A stretch of DNA of 64,000 nucleotides from Octopus vulgaris (Eukaryota), in contig OX597838.1 of NCBI GenBank assembly GCA_951406725.2, positions 24,490,001 to 24,554,000 of the forward strand, written 5' to 3'. The notes beneath the pieces were generated by a model. It was not told the origin of the DNA. It searched no databases and saw only the letters and a list, made by a program, of their open reading frames with translations. The position numbers and the translations under genes were made by a program. Below, one piece after another: positions 55,842 through 64,000 of the stretch; within the stretch, counting starts at the first letter, position 1, and the number at the start of each line of letters is the position of its first letter.

Positions 55842-56018
55842 GCCTCATCTTGTCAGATGAAAGCCATCTCACATTCAGCTTGATTGTTCTGATTTACTTT
55901 CTTCCTTGCATGTGCACAGATACAACTTTCCAGGACATGTCTATCACCATAGGACTTGATAAAATACAAAACAGATCAAGAAATGAAAAGACAACTGTAC
56001 AATATTGGATTTACCATA

Positions 56019-56417
56019 AGGCGACGAGCTGGCAGAAACGTTAGCATGCTAGGTGAAATGCTTAGCAGTATTTCGTCTGCCGTTACATTCTGAGTTCAAA
56101 TTCCACCGAGGTCGACTTTGCCTTTCATCCTTTCGGGGTCGATAAATTAAGTACCAGTTATGCACTGGGGTCGATATAATCGGCTTAATCCATTTGTCTG
56201 TCCTTGTTTGTCCTCTCTGTGTTTAGCCCCTTGTGAGTAGTAAAGAAATAGGTATTTCGTCTGCCGCTACTTTCTGAGTTCAAATTCCGCCGAGGTCAAC
56301 TTCGACTTTTATCCTTTTGGGGGTCGATAAATTAAGTGCCAGTTGCATACTGGGGTCAATCCAATCGACTGCACACCCTCTCCAAAAATTTCAGGCCTTG
56401 TGCCTAAAGTAGAAAAG
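56019..56417 (+). mobile_element. tRNA-derived SINE with internally duplicated core
   Basis: 18-bp TSD AATATTGGATTTACCATA (56001-18 / 56418-35); B-box GAGTTCAAATTCC; core GCCTTTCATCCTTTCGGGGTCGATAAA present twice. Confidence 0.9.
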
Positions 56418-56430
56418 AATATTGGATTTA

Positions 56431-56608
56431 CCATATTTTAACATGTATAAGGAATCCATTTTTTGTCAAAAATTAGCTTAAAAAATATGCGAGTTTCTTA
56501 TACATGGATAGCATTATAATCCTTTACAAAACCTCTTTTCCGAATTTTAAGCCCAAAACATTAGGGGCTCCTTATACACGAGGGTTCATTATACACATTA
56601 AAATATGG
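56431..56608. mobile_element. Short pogo/Tc2-like MITE
   Basis: TA|CCATATTTTAACATGTATAA ... TTATACACATTAAAATATGG|TA. Confidence 0.75.
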
Positions 56609-57595
56609 TAATAAAGGCTTGTACAACACTTTTGTCACTCTTTCGCTTGCCATAGTAGGTTCCCGTGTCAAACACTGCAAGACGACTGGCACAGTCTTGA
56701 CTGTAAGGTTTCTGTCAGAGTATCTTTCTCTTAGAAGAGCTGTCTTCCCCACAGCTTTGTCAAAAATAATGGGAGCCCCCTCTTCCCCTGAGAAATCTAT
56801 TTAACCCATAGACAGGACACTGACAGGAACTATTTTTCTGGGTTAGAATGAACCTGAAAGTAATAGTAATTAAGGGGAAACTCTATACATCTCATAACTC
56901 CAGGACTCCCCAATTGGTACCTCATCACTGAATGTAGTTTAATGTCATACGCAGGAGATATGTATGTATGCATGTATGCCTACAGTGAAGTTTCTGTTTC
57001 ATTCTACCAGATCCACTTGTAAGGCTCTGGTCAGCCCAGAGCTATAGTAGAGGACACTTACCTAAAGTGACATGCAAGCTTCTTGCTTCATTGCTATACC
57101 TGAACCTACATGGAAATGTGTGTGTGTGTGTGATATGATATAATACATAAAGTGAAGAATGACAAACACTTTGGCAAGACATGACCTATTTAAGCATTGG
57201 GAACACATACCTATTAGCTTGAGTCATCTTGATGAAAACTACTCATATCCTTTCCATACATACATACACACACACATACATACATACACACATACATACA
57301 TACATGCATACATATATACACACACTCATTTATCTTTGTTTATTTTTTTACTTTTTTCAGTCGTTTGGCTGTGGCCATGCTGAAGCACCACCTTAAAGGG
57401 TTTTCGTTGAAAAAATCAATCCCTTAATTTTTGTAAGCCTTAATTTTTGTAAGCCTAGTACTTATTCTATTGGTCTCTTCTGGCAAACTGCTAAGTTACA
57501 GAGACATACACACACCAACATCAGTTGTCAAGCGATGGTGGGGCATCAAACAGACACAAAGACACACATAAATATATACATATACATACATACAT

Positions 57596-57634
<39 letters not shown>

Positions 57635-58273
57635 CAGAGAGAGAGCAATAAGAAAATGGAGGGGATCAATAGGTGGCTCATCAACTTTTAGACATTACAT
57701 TATGTCAATTTATTTATTTTTTCTAAAATGACAATTACAAGAATATACATACATGTATAACATATTATGCTTTACATATAAAATATATAAAGATACCAGT
57801 AATTATCAAAATATAACATACAGGAATATGAATTGGGAAAATGTCTTACAGCTGTTTCAACCAAGGGGTAAAAATACCTCATTCTACCTTTATCTCTCTA
57901 GTTTACTTCAGTCTAGAGGCTAGAGCATAGAGAAGTGTAAGTCTTTGTAGATCCACACATGTCGATGCTGTATCGGTAGTAACCCTCATTTTGTCTCTGT
58001 TACTTATTGTGGTGGTGGTAGTGGTGTTGGTGGCAATGAGAGAATGTTGCAGAAGTAGCAGCCGTTCAGGAATTTGGACATGGAGATCTCCATTTCCAGT
58101 GACTTCGAGGGCCACCTCCCAGTGGTGTCGGGCGTCAACGAAGAGCCCTCGACTACAACAAGATAACCAAAGTTTTTTTTTTCCAAGGTCTGGGGTCTCC
58201 CACCCCTAAGCCCTAGACCATCACCTAATCTCCCTTACCTGTCTTGTTGCTTAACAACAACAACAGCAGCAGC

Positions 58274-58766
58274 GTGGAGGCGCAATGGCCCAGTGGTTAG
58301 GGCAGCGGACTCACGGTCAGAGGATCGCGATTTCAATTCCCAGACCAGGTGTTGTGTGTGTTTATTGAGCAAAAACACCTAAAGCTCCATGAAGCTCCGG
58401 CAGGGGTGGTAGCGACCCCTGTTGTACTCTTTCGCTCCATCGCGATTTCAATTCCCAGACCAGGCGTTGTGTGTGTTTATTGAGCGAAAACACCTAAAGC
58501 TCCATGAAGCTCCGGCAGGGGTGGTGGCGACCCCTGTTGTACGCTTTCGCTCCAACTTTCTCTCACTCTTTCTTCCTGTTTCTTATCCTCGACTTCCTAT
58601 GCAACTGCTGAGCCTGGATGCACATTCATCCATCAGTCGATGCTTGGTGTCAAGTGTTGACCTGCTTTCTCTTCTGTGGGTCTTACGAATAGCAAAGGAC
58701 CATGTTTCGGACTTCTCCCACTCTGGGACGAAGACTGCTTCGCTCAACAAACAGACAAACAAACAA
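58274..58766 (+). mobile_element. tRNA-derived SINE with about 115-bp internal tandem duplication and (CAAA)n tail
   Basis: A-box TGGCCCAGTGG, degenerate B-box, duplicated ATCGCGATTTCAATTCCCAGACC..CTTTCGCTCC, flanked by AGCAGCAGC. Confidence 0.78.
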
Positions 58767-59951
58767 AGCAGCAGCAGCACTTTTCCAAAGAGGTAGAAGG
58801 AAAGAAGCTGCTTGAATAGAAATATTTCTTCACATGCAGTTGGGTGCAGTGGGGTGTTGCAGGGGAGGGGAGAACAATAAGAAGAAATGGAAGCTTGAGA
58901 ATTGGTAGAAAAGTAATCTTAAGACCAAGAACAGGGCAAGACAATTCAACAGAGTGATACCAAAGCAAAGTCTTATTTCAATGTTAAATAATTTTAATTA
59001 AAATATCTTTTTTTATAATTCTAAGTAAGTTTTTTTATTTTTTTGCTAAATTATGTGATTGAGTCACTCATTGAGTGACTCATCTTTCAACCAGTTCTCC
59101 TTTCCCTGTTGTTCTCACCTGTGAGAAGAGTTTCTATAGAAATAGTTTCTATTTCCAAAACCTGCCCCACCCACCTTTTTCTTTCTTTCTTTCTTTCGAA
59201 TTTGCCTTTCATCCTTTCAGGGTTGATTAAATAAGTACCAGTTAAGCACTGGGGTCGATATAATCGACTTAATCTGGTTGTCTGTCCTTGTTTGTCCCCT
59301 CTGTGCGTATACCCCTTGTGGGCAGTAAAGAAATAGGAAACTGAGAGAAGCCTATTTTGTGTGTGTGACTTTGCGTCTGTATTCGGGTCAGTTCATTTGA
59401 CTAAACCCTGCCAAGGCTGGGTCCCAGCCTGGCTGCTATTCAATGACTGACACAAGTAGACAATACACAATAAAGAAAAAGATCAGCAAAATTATTTCTA
59501 TCAGAAATATGTTAATGAAAGTCTTAAATAGCAAAAGGATAGAACATCATAAACAACAACAACAACAGCAACAACAACAGTAGCAATAGAAACTGCTGAG
59601 TTTTGTAGTTGGCAAGGATGAAGGTAAAACAGAGACTAAATGCATGATGGGTAAACCGACAGGCTGGACGGATGGATGGATGGTCAACAGTTAAAAGAAG
59701 CAGAGACAGTGTTTAGGAGCAGCAGCCAGCCTTGGAAGATGGAGCTATCTGCAAAGATAGATGCTTAGTTCGGCACCAGATTTACAATGGACAAATATTA
59801 TTATTGTCATGACTGGTTACTTCTATGACTCCCCCATTTTTTGATGGGGATTCTTTGGTGGGGAGGTTTTTGTCTGTTTTTTTTGTTGTTTTTTTTGTTT
59901 TTTCTCTTCTTTTTACCTTTTCAGTTCAATCAATAAAAGGGAGTAGTTGCG

Positions 59952-60741
59952 GCACACACATATGCAAGCATGCACACACACACACACATACGTGCACAAA
60001 CACGTACATTCACATGTGCACACATAAACACACATGCACACACTAACTCACGCACATGCACACAGTAACACACAAACACATGTGTACATACACATGCACA
60101 CATAAACTCACACACATGCACACACATACAAGCAGATGCACACATGTACACACACACACCCACATGTGTACATACACATACACACACATGTGCACACATA
60201 AACACACATGTACATGCAAACTCACACACATGCACATACATGCACATACACATGTGCACACGTAAACACATACAGACATACAAACATGCACAAATGCACA
60301 CAAACTCATACACATGCACACACAAATACAAACACACACTCACAAGTGCACACAAACACATACACATACACACACATGCACACATAAATACACACATCCA
60401 CACATGCAACCACAAACACACACACATGCACACATACAAACACACATACATATGCACACACATACACATTTACATATGCATTTTCACACGCATACATAGC
60501 ATGCACATGCATGCATTTACACACACATTTATGAATACATGCACACACATTCTTAGAATGCAATTAATCATACATACAAAAAAAAATACGCATACACACT
60601 CACATAGACATATGCACACACACACACTTAAACAAGTAGATAGACACACAAAGTAGATGACTCATGCATATGTCATGAGTAACATTTCATACACACACAT
60701 ACACATACACACACATACAAACACATACACACTCAGCCCCA

Positions 60742-60797
<56 letters not shown>
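59952..60797. repeat. Long degenerate (CA)-rich simple repeat ending in (TA)n
   Basis: CACACATGCA/CACATA variants over about 800 bp. Confidence 0.95.
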
Positions 60798-60800
<3 letters not shown>

Positions 60801-61096
60801 TATAAAAGGATAGAATTGTTGAAATTTTTTTCAGTGGGGCCAGCATATAAAGTACAGACCTACTAAGGTGAAATCATAAATACAATTATAACTAATGGCA
60901 TAGAAAAAATTCTTGCTTATATGCTGAAAGGAGATGCTAATATATATATACATATATGCATATATATATATCGGAGTAAGCAAATAAATGTGAAACAAGG
61001 TGGATAAAAAGAGTACTCAAATACCAGAGGTAGAGTAATATGCTTTATTTAAAAGTAGCAGAAATATAGCTAAAGCTGTTACTCAGAGTTCCGTCG

Positions 61097-61114
61097 CACA
61101 GTTTTGTTAAAAGG

Positions 61115-61159
<45 letters not shown>

Positions 61160-61525
61160 TAGATAGATAGATAGATAGATAGGTAGATAGAGAGATAGAT
61201 AGATAGATAGATATAGATATAAACAAAATATGAGACTATTTATAACTGCATGTGTCTACTTTTGCAACCTTCAAGACATATAGCTTTGGATGTATGCATG
61301 TAGATCTGTTTACATATATCCTTGAGCATATATGTGTGTGTGTGTGTGCATGTATGTATGTGTATGTATACACATACACCCCCACACACACACAAATATA
61401 TATATATATGTATATATATATGTGTATGTGTATATGTGTATGTATTTATATATATATATATAATATAAATAATATGTATATATATGCATATATACATGCA
61501 TATATGTATATACATATGCATATGT
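61097..61525. repeat. (TA)n, (GATA)n and (TG)n compound microsatellites
   Basis: Direct inspection. Confidence 0.93.
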
Positions 61526-62339
61526 GAGCACAGGACATCACAGAACATAAACAACATGAAATATGAATACATGGAATATGATATCTTTTTTTTTTACAAA
61601 CAATCGGAAAACAAGACAAGTAACATAAAGAACAACCCTTCATCAGTTGTTGGCTGTTCTTCTAATCTGTATTTCATGCAATTCACAACGCGATATGCTT
61701 TCGATAAAACAGTTGCTCCTGCAAAGCAAATTAAATAAAATTTGGGATTTTGTGGAGGGTCGAAATTGGTAACAAAAACAGAACAGTGAAAACAAACAGG
61801 AAAGGCTGCTAAGCCTAAACACAATATATATACTAGGCTGTAGGTCATTCGGCCAAGTATCTGCCATTGTAGCCTTGGTTTGACGGCTAACTTGTGAGTA
61901 GAATCGGTAGATGGAACCAGTGCAAAACCCCATTATGTATGTTTGTATGTATGTACATGATTGTTGGCAATTTTTTCTTCCTTTGTCTGGGATTTCCCTG
62001 TTTCTGAAGAAGAGCTATGCTCGAAATGTAAAACTTCTACTCTTTTTCTTCTCTGAGCATCTTATTTAATACATTGGTGCCATGTCCAAACCTTTGCTTG
62101 TTTTTTTCTTTTTCTCTGTGTTTTTTTGAATTGACTATATATAGTCTTTTATTCTTTAATTTGTTTCAGTCTTTTGACTACAGCCATGCTAGAGCACCGC
62201 CTTTACATGAAAAGATCAATCCCAGGACTTATTCTTTGTAATCCTAGTACTTATTCTATCAGTCTCTTTTGCTAAGTTACAGGGACATAAACACATCAAT
62301 ATGGGTGTCAAGCAATTGTGCGGGGACAAACACAGACAC

Positions 62340-62380
<41 letters not shown>

Positions 62381-62748
62381 TGGTTTCTTTCAGTTTCTGT
62401 TTACCAAATCCACTCACATTGCTTTAGTCAGCCTGAGGCTATAATAGAAGACACTTGCCCAAGGTGCCATGCAATGGAACTGAGCCCAGAACCATGTGGT
62501 TGGTAAGCAAGCTCCTTACTACACAGTCACTCCTGCGCCGATATATATATATATCCCTCTCTCTCTTTCGGAGAGGCACAAGCACCTACACGTACATGTA
62601 CACACACGGCAGTAACTTCCGCCTGCCGAATTCAATCACAAAGCTTCGGTCGGCTCGGGGCTATAGCAGAAGACACCTACCCAAAGTGCCACGCAGTGGG
62701 GCTGAACCCGAAACCATGTAGCTAGAAAGCAAGCTCCCTAACCACACA

Positions 62749-62781
<33 letters not shown>

Positions 62782-62783
<2 letters not shown>

Positions 62784-63325
62784 AAAAGGAGATCTCACGG
62801 AGAGTAAGGGCCGGATGGAAGGCGTTCAATGGCATAAGGGATGTGCTCAAGGGAAGGTTGGACAGGACCACCTGCACCAACCTCATTAACAGTGCAGTTC
62901 TGCCTGCAATGTTATATGGTAGTGAAACATGGGCTACCACAAAGAGAGAAGAGCAAAGACTGATAACGGCTCAAAGAGCCATGGAAAGGTCAATGCTTGG
63001 CATCTCGTTGAGAGAGCACATAAATAGCAACATCATCAGAAAGAAGCCCGGCGTGAGAGATGTCATCGCAGAGTATACTTGCAGCAAGTATAGATGGGCT
63101 GGACACGTCGCCCGGCTCACCGATAATCGGTGGACGCACGCAGTTGCCGAGTGGTACCCGCGTGAACGGAAAAGACCTCCACGACGGTGGAGTGACAATT
63201 TCAAGAGGACGATTGGGATCACGTGGATGAGAAAGGCACGATCCAGAGAGGAGTGGACAGCGTGCTGTGACCAGCGGTGTCAAATGGACGCCTGACGGAC
63301 TGGTCGGTCAAAGTGATCAAAGTGA
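62782..63325 (+). mobile_element. 5'-truncated RTE-clade non-LTR retrotransposon (C-terminal ORF2 fragment plus short 3' tail)
   Basis: Open frame EISRRVRAGWKAF..VLPAMLYGSETW..QRAMERSML..KYRWAGHVAR..RRWSD typical of the RTE post-RT region; ends with (TCAAAGTGA)2; flanked by TA repeats. Confidence 0.9.
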
Positions 63326-63789
63326 TATATATACATACATATATACTCTTCTACTTGTTTCAGTCATTTGACTGTGGATATGCTGGAACACTGCCTTTAA
63401 TCAAGCAAGTCATATATATATAATCAGCATTTGACATCCATTTTCTATGCTGGCATGAGTTGGATGGTTTGACAGGAGTTGGCAAGCCAGAAGACTGCAC
63501 CAGATTTCACTCTCTATTTTAGCATGGTTTTTACGGCTGGATGCCCTTCCTAATGCCAACCACTTTATAGAGTGGCCTGGGTGCTTTTTATGTGGCACCA
63601 GCACCAGTGAAGCCTGAATATGTGTGTGTGTGTGAGTGTGTGTGTGCATGTGTGTGTGTGTGTGTGTTTGTGTCTATCCCTCATTGCTGCTTGGTGAGTG
63701 TTGGTGTGTTTATATCCCTGTAGCTTAGCAGTTCAGCATGGCTGCAGTCTAATGACTGAAACAAATAAAAGATAGAAGATGTATACAAA

Positions 63790-63950
63790 TGCAGGTGTGG
63801 CTGTGCGTGAAGAAGCTTGCTTCCCAATCACAGGGTTCCAGGTTCAATACTACTGCGTGGCACTTTGGGCAACTGTTTTCCACTAGAGCCTCAGGCCGAC
63901 CAAAACCTTGTGAATAGATTTGGTAGATGGAAACTGAAAGAAGCCTGTCA
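63790..63950 (+). mobile_element. tRNA-derived SINE (plus-strand copy of the family seen inverted at 62385-62752)
   Basis: GTGGCTGTG..AAGCTTGCTTCCCAA..GGTTCAATAC..GGCACTTTGGGCAA. Confidence 0.72.
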
Positions 63951-64000
63951 TATGTATGTGTGTGTGTGCATGTGTGTGTGTGTGCATGTATGTGTCTGTG

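Noticed and set aside
54740-58200. Possible Penelope-like remnants (54740-55420, 57660-58200) and the 70-aa ORF at 57903-58115
   Set aside because: No diagnostic RT or GIY-YIG motif recognisable
58274-58350. tRNA gene
   Set aside because: Degenerate B-box and continuation into a repeat body with tail and TSD indicate a SINE head

Overview
AT-rich eukaryotic DNA with long introns, many (TA)n/(CA)n microsatellites and tRNA-derived SINEs. This repeat landscape looks like an octopod cephalopod (inference, not verified). The window holds the 5' part of a minus-strand Mi-2/CHD3-4-5 chromatin remodeller gene. I reconstructed nine phase-consistent GT-AG coding exons from the ATG at 52022 to the PHD2 exon ending at 10384 (466 codons: acidic/lysine-rich N-terminus, CHDNT, PHD1, PHD2). 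The chromo and helicase exons were not found and presumably lie beyond the left edge. The 16-kb PHD1-PHD2 intron holds a TIR-bounded mariner element interrupted by a full-length but decayed Ty3/Gypsy element. The most notable observation is a strong phase-0 splice acceptor in frame with the still-open mariner HTH segment, which could yield a SETMAR-like CHDNT-PHD1-transposase-HTH fusion isoform. Other notable items: a clean 42-nt in-frame cassette exon after PHD2, candidate poison exons, a CpG-rich region of about 9.5 kb with several candidate first exons, a recent 1-kb tandem duplication, MITEs, SINEs with TSDs and a 5'-truncated RTE LINE. All splice isoforms are predictions from sequence only.
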